Shown: positions 1 through 12,724, numbered from the stretch's first letter. The stretch is 64,000 bases of DNA from Mobula hypostoma (GCF_963921235.1 NC_086108.1:61506001-61570000); one strand, 5' to 3'. A program made the numbers and translations. Notes: generated by a model from the letters alone, not told the origin.

Positions 1-255
1 AAAAGGTGAAGGTTAAGGGACCAGGTGAAATAATCCATTATGTGCATTCCCACAAAGTTTGTACTTCTAACTCTCCACAGAGGAGGCATGTATGTGCGGA
101 AAGGAGTGGTCCGCCTGCACCCTCCCAAATTCTACAATCGTCACATTGGTCTTGTCTAAATTGAGACTCAAGTTATTGTGGACACATGATTCTACCAGTC
201 GCTCCAACTCCTCCCTGTATTCCGTCTCGTTATTGTTGTTGCTGAGGCCAACCAT
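1..255 (-). mobile_element. Rex1/Babar-type LINE reverse transcriptase fragment (degraded)
   Basis: ORF 67..345(-) contains TTMVGLSNNNNETEYREELERLVESCVHNNLSLNLDKT, resembling the post-ADD RT motif (TTxVGLI..NDE..YR.E...L..WC..NNL.LN..KTKE) in the Rex copy at 8174. Confidence 0.7.
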
Positions 256-269
256 TGTTGTGTTATTAG

Positions 270-2254
270 CGAACAAGAGCATCAAGCAGGAACTAGGGAG
301 AGTGAATCGGGACCAGCTGCTTTTGGGTAAGTCCATATCTGACATATGGAGGGTGCTTAAAGACTAACTGGGCAGGTATGTTCCAGTCAGAAGGAAGGAC
401 AGGTATGGCAAGGTAAGAGAACCTTGCATGTCAAGGGAGGTAATGAATCAAGAAGGAAAAGGAAAAGTATGTAATTAGGAAGCTGGAATCAAACAGAGTC
501 CTTGAGGATTATTAAAAAAGCCAGAAAAGAACTCAAGAAGGGAATTAACAAGGAGAAGGAGTGGACACCGGACAACATAGATTTTGCTTGCTCAATACTT
601 TTGCATGCATCATATGGATTTTGGGCTGCTGCTCATGAATATCTCCATGAAATTTCCCCATCATGCACCATTTTTTTGAACTTGCCTATATTTGTTATTT
701 CAATTCATAATTCAAGTCAGAATATCTGATGCCTAGATTAAGGAAGGCATTTTTGTTGGTACACAAATCGAATAGGTAATCGAAGAGCTTCTAGTGGGAC
801 TGGAGAAAATCACATGGAAAACATCCAAGGATATTGCTGAAAATTTTTTTGAGAATTACAGAGCACCAAACTAAGTGCAGCTGGTTGACAACATGCTTCA
901 AGCATACAAAACCACGAAGTGCAATGTGTCACTAAAGATCTGTTTTCTGCATTCACATTTAGACTTCTTCCTTGCAAATGCTGGTGCTGTTAGTGATAAG
1001 TATGATGAAAACCATGGCCTAAATAGGGAGAGCCAGTATGGCTTTGTATGGAGCAAGTCATACTTTACTAACTTGATTGAGATTTTTGATGAGGTGACAA
1101 GGGTAGATGAAGGTAAGGCATATGACAATGTCCCTCATGGGTGGCTTATCCAGAAGATTAAGATGCACGGGATTCATGGTGAATTGGCCGTTCAGAACTG
1201 GTTTGCCCATAGAATACAGAGGATAATGGTAGAAGGAACTTATTCTAACTCGAGGTCGGTGATTACTGATGTTCTGCAGTGATCTGTACTGGGACCTCTG
1301 TTGTTTGTGATGTATATAAAGGACCTGTATGAAGTTGTAGATGGGAATAGATGGATGGTTTAGTAAGTTTGTAGATGGTATGAAGATTGGTGGTGCTGAG
1401 TGGATAGTGTAGAAGATGAGCAAAGAATATCGCAGGATATAGATCAGTTGCAGATATGGGCAGAGAAATGGCAGAATGTGCTTAACCCAGCCAAATGTGA
1501 AGTGTTGTACCTTAGTAGGTCAAATGTAAAGAGACAGTACACTGTTAAGGCAAGACCATTAATAGTATAGGTATGCAGAGAAATCTGGGAGTTCATGTTC
1601 TTCGTTCCCTGAAAGTGACTGCACAGGTTTTTAGGGTGGTTAAGAAGACATACAGTATGTTTACTTTTATCAGTTGAGGTATTGAGTTCAAAAGTCAGGA
1701 AGTTATGTTACAGTATATCACATCTGAAGTTCTACATACAGTTCCAGTCACCCCATTATAGGAAGGATGAGAAGGCTTTGGAGAGGGTGCAGAAGAGATT
1801 TACTAGGATGCTGCCTGGATTAGGGAGCATGTGCTATAACAAGAGGTTGGACAAACTTGGGGTGTTTTTTTCTGGAGTGGTAGATGCTAAAGGTAGATCT
1901 CGTAGAGGTTTATAAGATGATGAAGGCATAGATAGAGTAGAAAGACAGCATCATTTTCCCAGGGTTTAAATCTCTAATACTAGAGGGCATGCTTCTAAGG
2001 TGAAAAGAGGTAACTTCAAAGGAGATGTGAGGGGCAAGTTTTTTCTACACAGAGAGTGGTGGGTGCCTGAAATGCACTGCCTGGGGTGGGCAAATACATC
2101 AGGGACTTTTAAGAGACATTTAGATAGGCAAATGAATGTGAAGAAAATAGAAATATATAGACTTTGTGTAGGCAGAAGAGATCAGTTTAGTTGGCCATTT
2201 CATTACTCCTTTAATTGCTTTGGCACAATGTTGTTTAGTGAAGTGCCCGTTTCT
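270..2254 (+). mobile_element. CR1 LINE, degraded, interrupted by a Chapaev3-like fragment (~564-1008) with internal deletion
   Basis: ENHGLNRESQYGFV..SYFTNLIEIFDEVT and QFQSPHYRKDEKALERVQKRFTRMLPGL are typical CR1 ORF2 motifs. The 3' tail resumes at ~2672-2700 after a Rex insertion. Confidence 0.85.
564..1008 (+). mobile_element. Chapaev3-like (CMC) DNA transposon fragment: putative terminus plus transposase piece
   Basis: Translation across ~720-1008 gives ISDA*IKEGIFVGTQI...LVDNMLQAYKTTKCNVSLKICFLHSHLDFFLANAGAVSDKYDE, matching the recalled Chapaev3 motif KIKEGIFVGPQI...MSLKIHFLHSHLDFFP.NLGAVSDEHGE. Confidence 0.7.
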
Positions 2255-2671
2255 ATAGTCATAGTCATAGTCATACTTTGTTGATCCCGGGGGAAATTGG
2301 TTTTCGTTACAGTTGCACCATAAATAATAAATAGTAATAACATCATAAATAGTAATATGTAAATTATGCCAGGAAATAAATCCAGGACCAGCCTATTGGC
2401 TCAGGGTGTCTGACGCTCCAAGGGAGGAGTTGTAAAGTTTGATGGCCACAGGCAGGAATGGCTTCCTATGGTGCTCTGTGTTGCATCTCGGTGGAATGAG
2501 TCTCTGGCTGAATGTACTCCTGTGCCCAACCAGTACATTATGTAGTGGATGGGAGACATTGTCCAAGATGGCATGCAACTTGGACAGCATCCTCTTTTCA
2601 GACACCACCATCAGAGAGTCCATTTCCATCCCCACAACATCATTGGCCTTCCAAATGAGTTTGTTGATTCT
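2255..2671 (-). mobile_element. Rex1/Babar LINE 3' end inserted in a CR1 3' tail
   Basis: ORF 2393..2635(-) ILDNVSHPLH...RLIPPRCNTEHHRKPFLPVAIKLYN is a Rex-like C-terminus. A (CATAGT)n microsatellite tail lies at ~2255-2275. Confidence 0.8.
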
Positions 2672-2699
2672 GTGCTGGACTGTTACATGTTCTATGATC

Positions 2700-3610
2700 T
2701 AAGACTGGCTGACTGGTAGAAGGCAAACTGTTGAAATAAGGGGGCCTTTCGGTTGGCTGTTGGTGACTAGTGGTGTTCTGCGGTAGTCAGTGTTGGGTCT
2801 GCTACTTTTCATGTTATACGTTAATGGTCTGGATGAGGGAATTCCTGGCTTTATTACCATTTTTGGTGATGATATAAAGATAGGTGGAGGGGCAGGTTGT
2901 GTTGTGAAAGCAGGGACTTGGACAGATTAGGAGAATAGGTAAAGAATTGGCAAATGGAATGCCGTTTTGGGACGTGCATGGTCATGTACCTTGGTAGAAA
3001 GAACAAAGATGTAGACTATTTTTGAAAATGGGAGAGAATTTAGAAATTAGAGATGTAAAATAACTTTGGGAGTCTTGGTGCTGGATTCCCTAGAGGTTAA
3101 TTTGTAGATCTGGTCAGCATCAAGAAAGACAACTGCAATTTTCGCAATCATTTTGAGAGAACTAGAATATGAAAGCAAGGATGTAAGGCATTGATAAGAC
3201 TACAGTTGGAGTATTGTGAGCTGTTTTGGGCTCATATCTAAGGGAGGATGTGCTGGCATTGAACAGAATCTGGGGGAGGTTTACAAGAGTGATCCTGGGG
3301 ATTTGTCAATGTCTAGGACCAGAGGGCAGAGTCTCAGAATAAAAGAATATCTCTTTAGTGATGAGGAGGTATTTCCTCCGCCAGAGGTTGGTGAATATGG
3401 CAAATTCATTGCCACAGATATCTGTGGAGATCGTGTCATTTGGTAAATTTAAAGCAGAGGTTGATAGGTTCTTCATTAGTAATGGAATCAATGGTTACAG
3501 GGAAAAGGCAGGAGACTGGGGTTGGGGAAATAAATTAGCCATGATGGAATGAGGAGCAGATGTAATGGGTCAAATGGTCTAATTCTGTTCCTATGTCTAT
3601 GATCTTATGT
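2700..3610 (+). mobile_element. CR1 LINE 3' fragment (degraded)
   Basis: Visibly similar to the RT and 3' end of the young CR1 at 13312-15115 (FKAEVDRFFISNGINGYREKAGDW). Tail ...ctatgtctatgatcttatg. Confidence 0.85.
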
Positions 3611-4272
3611 CACTTCTGAAAGAGATGATGGAAAAGTGAAAAGAATAAAATGGGCTACATGTAACTGTGTTTAATGGTCAGTGTGGATCTGCGAGCTGAA
3701 GACCTTGTATAATTCTATAACATTGAATACTTGTGATCTAATAATTTGCTTAGCATTCCACATATTAATATTTACAACTGACAGAACGGAAAGCCATCTA
3801 GTAAATGTATTACATAGTACACAGATGTGTACCTTTACATGCTCTAACTGGAGATTTGGCAGTCTGTAGCATGAATTTCATCTGCTTGCTTTCTGGACTG
3901 CCAGATATAAAGCCAGTACCTTCTTTCCTATCTCTTATGGGCTCCCTTTGTCTTCAGACCACTGCTACTTTTAGTCCTTTGGCAGTAAGAAAAAGCCTGC
4001 ATTTATTTACCCTGAAATCAACTTCATAAATTTGTAGAGAGTTACAGTGCTACAGTGGCTGATTTGTCCTACAGTTCAAAGGCGACTGAAACTCCCTGCA
4101 GATTGTGTTCATCTGGGAACTTCTTAACTGCAGTGATGGTCTGCGTTAGCCATTAGCTAATACATTTCAAACCACCATGAATGTTAGGGGAATTTTCTTC
4201 ATTATCGTCTAACTCTTCCATATTTTTACAGTGTATCTATGCTTCATACTCACTAGCCTCTCATTTAAAGGG

Positions 4273-4374
4273 CACACACAAAATGCTGGAGGAACTCAAC
4301 TGGCCAGCTGTGTTCCTCTAGCATTTTGTCTGTGTTGCTTAGATTTCCAGCATCTGCAGATTTTCTCTTGTTTT
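4273..4374. mobile_element. Short fold-back insertion from the Penelope pseudo-LTR 3' end
   Basis: cacacacaaaatgctggaggaactcaactgg and ccagctgtgttcctctagcattttgtctgtg form an imperfect hairpin, followed by the family tail ttccagcatctgcaga. Flanks tcatttaaaggg / tcacttaagggg resemble a decayed TSD. Confidence 0.65.
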
Positions 4375-4953
4375 TCACTTAAGGGGAATAGGTTCAAGTT
4401 TCAAGATTGTTTAATGACATTTCCAATACACAAGTGTAAAAGGAGAGTGAAATAGTTATTCTTCCTATTAACACATTAAGATAACCTAATGCTATCTACT
4501 TTAGTTAGATCTCCCTTTAGCCCTGTCTGTCCAATAGAGAGCAGCTGAACCTTAATTCATTTTTTCTCATAAAAATATTTCCATGCCAGCAACTTCACAT
4601 CACCATTAAATATTTTCTATTACCATTTCAGATATTTTCTACGATGTTTTGACCAGAGCTGTAAGGAATACTTTAGTTGTAACCTAATACTTTATACAGT
4701 TATAGCAAGATCGCCTACATTTCTTCTATGTCCTAATAAGTAAAAGGCATTTTATCTTCATTCTTAATCATTTTATCTCCCTCTGTTCCTCTACACTTGT
4801 CAATATAGCCTAAACCTATCATTTATAGTGCATTGCTTTGCCTTCCTCAGATGCACTGTATTACTTCACATTCTTCTTAACTTTCCTCCCTCCTGTTTTG
4901 TCCTACCACCTGCTTGTCTCAGATTCAACCATTTCATCAATGCATTAACATTA

Positions 4954-5883
4954 TGTAATGTCCTAGTTAAGAATATGTTTTATTGCATTACTACTGTTAT
5001 ACGTTGGGTATTCTATTTTCTGCAGCTTTTCTGTAAAATGCAGTGTGTTCTGCCAGTGCAACTTTACAGCCCAATATTTTGGTTTCTGTTAAGGTAAGGA
5101 ATCATTTGATCCACTTAGGAATGTTGTGTCAGCCAACCAGGCTTGTCTTGATAACATCCTGGCCCGTGGGATGCCATGGAACATTCGAGAGAGATTGGCG
5201 GCATCCAATTTCGAGGGGAACGTGGGTTTTGGGAGAGGTCTCTTTGCAGAAGTTGGAGAAGTGAGGTGCAGAGAAGAACACAATGCAAGATGCTCGTGGA
5301 ACCCCGCTGAGGGACAGGCACGGTTGTAGGAAGTACTTTGTGCAGACAAGTAATTCCACAGAGAAATTGCCACTACTTCTCAGATAGCCAGTTACTTTGT
5401 AATGGACTTCAAGGGAAGTTCCAACTGTGGCTGCTGTCTTTCACGCAAAATGTGGGTTCACCACCATGAGTAGTTAAAATGAAGTACCCAACTACCAAGC
5501 AATGAGCTCCAATATTTATGTGCACTCTATGGCCTGGATTAACTGTAATGGGCCCCTTTTTCTGTTAACTGTTTGTTAAAATTGAAATATTTGTAAGTAT
5601 GCTTCTATATTAAGTTTATATTGGTGTAAGTTCTGTTATTTTTTGGTGAAGGATAACTTTTCATGAGGCAGAATTTATACAGCATTTACCGTAATTTTTG
5701 TTCCCTTAACAGAACATTCCAACTTTCCTGTTTGGTTGAACCCCGAATCATACCAAGCCTAAACCCGTGTCGCTTATTGGAGATGACTGTCTCACCATAC
5801 CCATGCAATGCTGAGTCACGTGGCTGTTAGCCAGGTTTAGCTAATGAGCCTAATTTGTTACAAGCCACGGTGAGAGAGTTACA
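4954..5883. mobile_element. Putative solo LTR (Gypsy-like)
   Basis: Starts TGTAATG and ends GTTACA. Flanks atta/attg give a 4-bp TSD with one mismatch. No recognisable coding domain. Confidence 0.5.
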
Positions 5884-7129
5884 ATTGCTTTGTACTTTAA
5901 TGCTTTACATCTGCTTTCCACAAACTTGTCTGCAAACCTGGATACATAGCATAAAATGAATTTAAATTACTTATAATTGCGGTGAATAGCTTGACCTGCT
6001 TGCTGATCCCTGTGGGCATTTACTACTCCCATTGTGCCAATTTGAAGACCTGTCCATCACCCCATCTCTCTTTCTCTTGTTGCTCAGACAATTTTTTGAA
6101 TAAGTACATAATTGTCCTTCAATTCCATTGACTTTGAGTTTTAGTTTACAGCTATTTGTAAGAATTGAACAAATTAGTACCAGAATTCCAGATAAATATC
6201 ACCTCTTGAGACTCTCTGTTTACCCAATTTGTACAAAGGTTAAAATCTCCAATAAAATTACTCTGCCATTCTTACACTTGTCTAATCTCTACATTTATGC
6301 AAACTACCAATGCTACTCAGGATCCACACACAACTCTCATCAGGCTTTTAAGCTCTTTTCTATGGATTTCTCAATTCTACCTATAAATTCTCTGCTACCT
6401 GCTGATTTTTATATTCTCACTAGTCAATGAAGCAGTCTCATCCTTCATCACAAGGGGTGTTCCTCGTTGTTTACCATTCTCCCATTTTCTACCGTTGTAA
6501 ATTATAATTCACAGTTGCTGAATTTGTCCCTGAACCTTAGAGGTTATGGCATATACAATGCACTTATACAAAGAAAATGTATTTGGCTCACAGAGTTTAA
6601 ATTGTCATTTTTCTCTAAAATGCTGAACACTTATTCCCCTTTCCAATTTCTATTTTGATTCCCCTTTATGTTCTGTGGCATGTCTGACTATCTCTCTCAT
6701 CTTTAGTTTTTCCTTTCATTGCCCTAAATTCATACCTTTTCTATTGATTCATTCCTTTCCATTGATAGTATAAATTGCTTCTGAGCACTTTCCACTAGGA
6801 TTCCCATTGTAGCCTGGTTCAGGTGGAGTCTGGCCCCAAGGTTGCAGTTCACAAGGGTTTCAACATATAATTATCACTGTCAGAATAGGGATCACAGTAA
6901 TATTTGGTTTGCCACCAGGTCTAAGAATTTTACTTTAGAACTTGCTGTCCTTTAGAGATAGAATTTAAAAAATTGCTTTCCTTACTGTAGAACCAACTGT
7001 GCACTCTCACTGCTCGTGCACCACATTATCACAAGCTTCTCAGATCTATAAGGCTAACATTGCTGACCAGGATTGTCTTCATGAAACTACTCTTTCACTT
7101 CTTTTGCATCTTCTTTTTCTTTCCAATGT

Positions 7130-7690
7130 GATTTTCTGCTACTGTTGGAGCCTGTGGTCTATTGTTCAGTGCCTGTGATCTACCTTTTGGTGGTGTGTTT
7201 TCGGGCCGATCGAGTGATCTAGTGCTTTGCTGTTTCTGAGAGGATTCCATGAGGCTTTGAGTGTAACATGCGACCTCGAGGCCAAGAAGCCTGGAGATGG
7301 GGTGCAACACCATGAACAACTCCGTTTCTCTCCGATCTTGCCAATGAAAATGCTGTGGAAGATCGTTATGATGTGTTCCTGGTTTCTTGTCACTCCTTTT
7401 TTTTGTTGCTGCTTTGAGTGATTTTGAATCATGGCAGCATGCAGATAATGAACACTGAGCTGGACTGAAAATGCATGGAATCTTTCAATTTTGTGTTTTA
7501 TGTTTCTGTGTTTTTCACTCATTTTCTTTGTTGCCATTTGTGCAATTTGTTTTTTTTTGTGCCTTGGAGTGGTTCCTTGAATGGTTTCTATGATTTTTCT
7601 TTGTTTTGTGGCCATCTGTATGGAAGATGAATCTTGGGGTTGTGTACTGCATACATACTTTGATAATAAATGTACTTTGAATCTTTGAAT
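7130..7690 (+). mobile_element. Non-coding retroposon with a Rex/L2-like T-rich 3' UTR
   Basis: T-rich body ends aataaatgtactttgaatctttgaa, similar to the 3' tail at ~33880-33900. Confidence 0.45.
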
Positions 7691-7919
7691 GTTGAAGCCA
7701 AGTGTCAAGGCCCTGTGTAAGGCAAGGGTTTATGAGAGAAGTGATTAACCTTCAGTCTCCTCTGCAGGTGTGCATCTGACACTGAGCTGCAGACTTTGCA
7801 TTGGTTCTAACATGGCACAGGACCCCAGTGCAGTATCCACAGTGGTAACATGCAAGGGAATTCTAGCAAATTTTGCACCACCTTTAGCATCCATCTGTAG
7901 TCCAGATACAGGGCTGATT

Positions 7920-9390
7920 ATCATTCATTCGTTATGTGCTGTATTGTATGTTGTGGACGATCATGGTCTTTCCACGGCCATGATTGTTCTTGGCAAGTTT
8001 TCTACAGAAGTGAGTTTGCCATTGCCTTCTTCAGGGCAGTGTCTTTGGTGACCCCAGTCATCATCAACACACTTCAGGGATTATCCACCTGGCATCAGTG
8101 GTCGCATAAGCAGGAAATATGATTTGCATCAGCTGCTCATACAGCCATCCACCTCCTGCTCCCATGGCTTGCCATGTGTCGCTGGATTCTGGATTTCTTG
8201 ACAGAGAGACCACAGTCAGTCTGTGTTGGCAGGAACATCTCTGACTTCATCACACTGAGCACTGGATCCCCACAAGGCTATGTGCTTAGCCCTTTACTGT
8301 TTACACTGCTAACACCTGACTGTGCAGCCAGATTCAAGGAGAACCTGATCATTAAATTTGCAGACGATACCAAAGTGGTGTGGCTCATCAGCAAAAATGA
8401 TGGAACTATGTACAGGGAGGAGGTCAAACACCTAGAGAGCTGGTGCAGGGATAACAACCTGATGCTTAATGTCAACAAAACCAAGGAGATGATCGTCAAT
8501 TTCAGACGGTCTCGGCCTGAGCACACACCCCTCAGCATCAGCGGCTCCACAGTGGAGAGAGTGGAAAACATCAGGTTCCTTGGTGTGCAGATCTCGGACA
8601 ATCTCACCTGGTCCAGGAACACCACTGGGATTGTGAAACGGGCCCAGCAGAGATTGCACTTTCTGAGGGAGCTTAAACAAGCATCACTCCCCACTAACAT
8701 CTTAACTACATTCTACAGAGGTGTGGTTGAGAGTGTGCTGACCTTTTGCATCACAACCTGGTACTCCAGCTGCAGTGCTGTCGACAAAAAAGCCTTGCAG
8801 AGGGTGGTTAGGGGAGCAGAGACGGTTATTGGGGTCTCCCTACCTTCTGTCCAAGACCTCTTTCAGAGTCGATGCCTCCAGAAGACACGGTACATCATTA
8901 AAGACCCCTCACACCCTCTCCATGAACTGTTTGTTCTTCTGTCATCAGACAAACGTTACAGGAGCATCAAAACTAAAACCACAAGGCTACTAAACAGCTT
9001 CCTCCCACAGGCAGTCAGACTGCTAAATAGCTGCTCCACCTGACTCTGCTTTGGACACTTTTAACTTGCACTGGACACTTATAACTTGATTTTAACTGAC
9101 ATGTGGCTGTTGTGTTTTACTATTTATTGTTATGTTTATTATTTAGTGTTGTGTTTGTTATGTTATGATTGCACTGCCCCTGAGAAATGCTGTCTCATTC
9201 TGCCCTGCAGAGCTGATGTATGGTTAGAATGACAATGAAGTTTTCTGAATCTTGAATCTTGAATCTTGGCATGACCCTGATCAGTGGTCTAAACAGGTGC
9301 TACACCTTTCGCAAGGATGACCTGTAGACTTGCAGAGGGAAGGAGAGTCTTACTCCCCCTTTGGTAGAGACGTAACTCCACCTTGCCACC
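7920..9390. mobile_element. Older non-coding retroposon (RTE-related, tentative) split by the Rex insertion at ~8177-9270
   Basis: Sequence on both sides of the Rex copy reads as one element (...ctcccatggcttgccatg | cttggcatgaccctgatc...). The family call is from recall only. Confidence 0.4.
8174..9268 (+). mobile_element. 5'-truncated Rex1/Babar LINE with uninterrupted 289-aa RT C-terminal frame (8174-9043)
   Basis: [47 protein letters not shown] and [22 protein letters not shown] motifs. (ATCTTGA)n tail. TSD-like cttgccatg/cttggcatg. Confidence 0.9.
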
Positions 9391-10764
9391 GAGGTCTGAG
9401 TGCAGCCAGGAAATATCCATCAAAAAGTTCAAAATGTCTGCATTTGTCTAAGAATGCCAATTGCTTTGTGATAGGCAGCTATCAGTTAGAACCAAATACT
9501 GAACCATCAGGAGTAATCGATTGAGCTTTAAAGGATTTTTTAAACTAGATTTTCCAGGATCTGGGCACTGCTGGCAGACCAGCATTTATTGCCCATCCTA
9601 AATGCTCGAGGATTTCACTATATCTTGAGGAATGTAACTCATTCTTGAAGCATTTCACTGCACGTGTTGATGTACGTATGACAAATAAACTTGAATTTGG
9701 AATCTTGAAGTTGGTGGTGAACCTTCTCGAACTCTGCAATGTTTCTGGTGAAGGTACTGCTCTACAATGCTGCTGGGTAGGGGTTTCAGGATTTAGACCA
9801 TGTGATCTTGAGGGATTAGCAATATACCGTCTTTCCAAGTTGGATTGACTGTGACTTAGAAGTGAAGGTGTAGGTCATAATGCCCTTTTGCAAAAGGTTG
9901 TGAGTTGGTGTGTTGTTATCTGAGTAGGCAAGTTACTGCCCTGTATTTTGTAGACGTTACACACAACAGATACTATACACTGAAAGTGATGGGGTGCCAA
10001 TCAGTTGGGAAGTTTGGATGGTGTTGAGCTTTTTGACAGTTGTTAGTGCTGCACTCATCCAGGAAAGTGAAGTCGTAGTTCAACCACTTGTGATTTCTGT
10101 CTTTTTGATGGTGGAAGGACTTTTGGGATCCAGAAGGTGAACCACTCATCACAAGATTGCTGACCCCTAACATGTTCTTGAGGCCACAGTATTTATGTGG
10201 CTTATCCAGTTGAATTTCAATTTTTTTTTTTGTTTAAGCAATGTAAACGCCATTGAATGTCAATAGTAGGCAGTTGGGCTCTCTCTTACTGTGATGCTCA
10301 TTGCCTGGTATTTCTAGGCACAAAGGTATAGTACATGCTACATGTCTTACTTATCAGACCATAGCTCTACATTGCCTAACTCATACTGCATGCAAGCATC
10401 TGCTGCTTCATCTGTTTGGTAGTCATATACCAAATGAATGTCATGCAATTAACAGCAAACATTTCCACTTCTGACCTTATGGCTGGAAGGATAATCTTCG
10501 ATGAAGCAGCTTGAAATGATTAAGCCTCCGACACTACCCTAAAGAAATCGTATAGTGATATCCTGGGCCTGGGAAAAATCCTCAGCTAACTTATTTCAAT
10601 TGAAGAATGACTCCAGCCACTGGAGATTCTCCTCCTTCTTTGAATCAGAATCAGAATCACAATCAGAATCAGGTTTATTATCACCGGCATGTGATGTGAG
10701 ATTTGTTAACTTAGCAGCAGCAGTTCAATGCAATACATAATCTAGAAGAGAGAGAGAAAAACAA

Positions 10765-11852
10765 ACTCCTTGGATCATGGGTAACATCTGATGGCAAATG
10801 CGAAACAGACATAAAAGCAAGAATAGCAATGGCAAGAACAGCATTTACAGAAATGGGAAACATCCTAACGAACAAGGAAATAGCAATTGACATCCGCCTT
10901 AAGGAATAATGATTTATACTTTTGCGTCAAATCGACGCCATAGGTACAGCCTCGCCACGAACCCTACGCAGAGCCGACACAGATCCCTACGCTATAGCCT
11001 GACGCACACCTCTCCCAAAATGTAACTACGCGTTGTGGCAACGTAGAACGCAACAACTGTGATTGGTCCACTTGGGAGCATCACATTGCCTCCTACGCTG
11101 CAATAGCTTTCCATTGGGCGACTGAAGGGCAGGGAAGGAACTCTGGCTGCAATTCTTTCTATAAAGCTTTACAGACCTCCGAATTTATGGAGGACATATT
11201 TCGCTTTTACGAAAAAAGATACTCGCTTTAAACTTGTTTACCCTGAGAAAGACTACCATGACCATGAAGCCTTGAATGGGCAGGTGTGTGCGCATGTGCA
11301 ACATGCCGGAATTGCAGAGTGACGCAGACACACCAATGCACAAGTATGAATGCTCACAACACGCGTAGGCCACTTGCGTAGGTTACGGCGTCCATTTGAC
11401 GCAGAAGTATAAATCAGCCTTTAGAACTCTTAGCTGCTACATTCTTCCTATATTGATGTATATCTGGACCATCACAAATGCAATGGAAAAAAGAATCAAT
11501 GCAGCAGAGATGTGGTTCCTCAGAAGAATTCTATGCATATCGTATACGGACAGGATAACCAAATGAAGAAGTTCTACAGAGAAAGAAAACAACAGAGAAG
11601 GAAAAATCAGAAAACAGCTATCAGAATTCTTTGGACACCTCATGCGGAGAGAGACAATAGAACATTTAGTTACAACTGGAAAGCTGGAAGGGAAAAGAAG
11701 CAGAGGCAGACAGAGAATGAAAATGATAGATGGAATAACATCATGGTTAGAAACAGGGGAGGCAACAACTACAATTCGGAGGGTCAGGGACCGTGATGCA
11801 TGGAGAGACATGATTGCCCATGCCGAACGGCAAGGCACCTGAATGATGATGA
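10765..11852 (+). mobile_element. RTE-clade LINE 3' fragment, interrupted by a MITE
   Basis: LGSWVTSDGKCETDIKARIAMARTAF..., INAAEMWFLRRIL and GKLEGKRSRGRQR...RDRDAWRDMIAHA motifs. (TGA)n tail. Confidence 0.85.
10902..11420. mobile_element. Non-autonomous PIF/Harbinger-type MITE
   Basis: Terminal inverted repeats tgatttatacttttgcgtcaaatcgacgcc / ggcgtccatttgacgcagaagtataaatca. TTA duplicated at 10899-10901 and 11421-11423. Removing it restores the RTE frame DIRLRTL. Confidence 0.8.
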
Positions 11853-12724
11853 AAACATAATAAACAAACAAGTAAATCAATTACGTACATTGAATAGATT
11901 TTTTTTTTAAATGTGCAAAAACAGAAATACTGTATGTTAAAAAAAGTGAGGTAGTGTCCAAAGCTTCAAAGTCCATTTAGGAATCGGATGGCAGAGGGGA
12001 AGAAGCTGTTCCTGAATCGCTGAGTGTGTGCCTTCAGGGTTCTATATCTTCTACCTGATGGTAACAGTGAGAAAAGTACATGCCCTGGGTGCTGGAGATC
12101 TTTAATAATGGACGCTGCCTTTCTGAGAAACTGCTTCCTAAAGCTGTCCTGGATATTTTGTAGGCTAGTACCCAAGATGGAGCTGACTAGGTTTACAACC
12201 TTCTGCAGCTTCTTTTGGTCCTGTGCAGTACCCCCTCCATGCTATACAGTGATGCAGCCTGTCAGAATGTGCTCCACGGTGCAACTATAGAAGTTTTTGA
12301 GCATATTTGTTGACATGCCAAATCCTAATAAAGTATAGCCACTGTGTTGCTTTCTTTATGACGACGTCAATACCAGGTTAGATCCTCAGAGATCTTGACA
12401 CCCAGGAACTTGAAGCTGCTCACTCTCTCTACTTCTGATCCCTCCATGAGGATTGGTATGTGTTCCTTCGTCTTACCCTTCCTGAAGTCCACAATCATCT
12501 CTTTCGTCTTACTGATCATTAACATCAGTTTTATCAGGATTTCTGAATGACTCATTGTCAAATGCATCATGATGTCAAAGGCACTCACTCTCATTTCACC
12601 TCCTGATTTCATCTCTTTGTTCCATGTTTGGATTATGGCTGTGATATAGCCTGGAGCCATGGTAATTAGTCATAAAGGATCAAAAGTTACAGCACAGGCC
12701 TTTCAGTCCACTATATTTCAGCCC

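Larger units (their letters stand above)
10642..12515 (-). mobile_element. Rex1/Babar LINE 3' part, interrupted by an RTE
   Basis: SKTKEMIVDFRK...VERVSSFKFLGVKISEDLTW and RKAASIIKDLQHPGHVLFSLLPSGRRYR..RFRNSFFPSAIRFLN motifs. (AATCAG)n tail at 10643-10671. Confidence 0.9.
9548..12660 (-). mobile_element. Old LINE (CR1-group, clade uncertain) acting as outer host of a four-level nest
   Basis: 12516-12660(-) gives APGYITAIIQTWNKEMKSGGEMRVSAFDI..LIKL, and the RT continues at <10640 with LQWLESF. A 3' end matching gcatttattgcccatcc lies at ~9580. Confidence 0.6.

Noticed and set aside
7166..7708. 180-aa minus-strand Lys-rich ORF
   Set aside because: Antisense of a T-rich retroposon UTR, so a compositional artefact.
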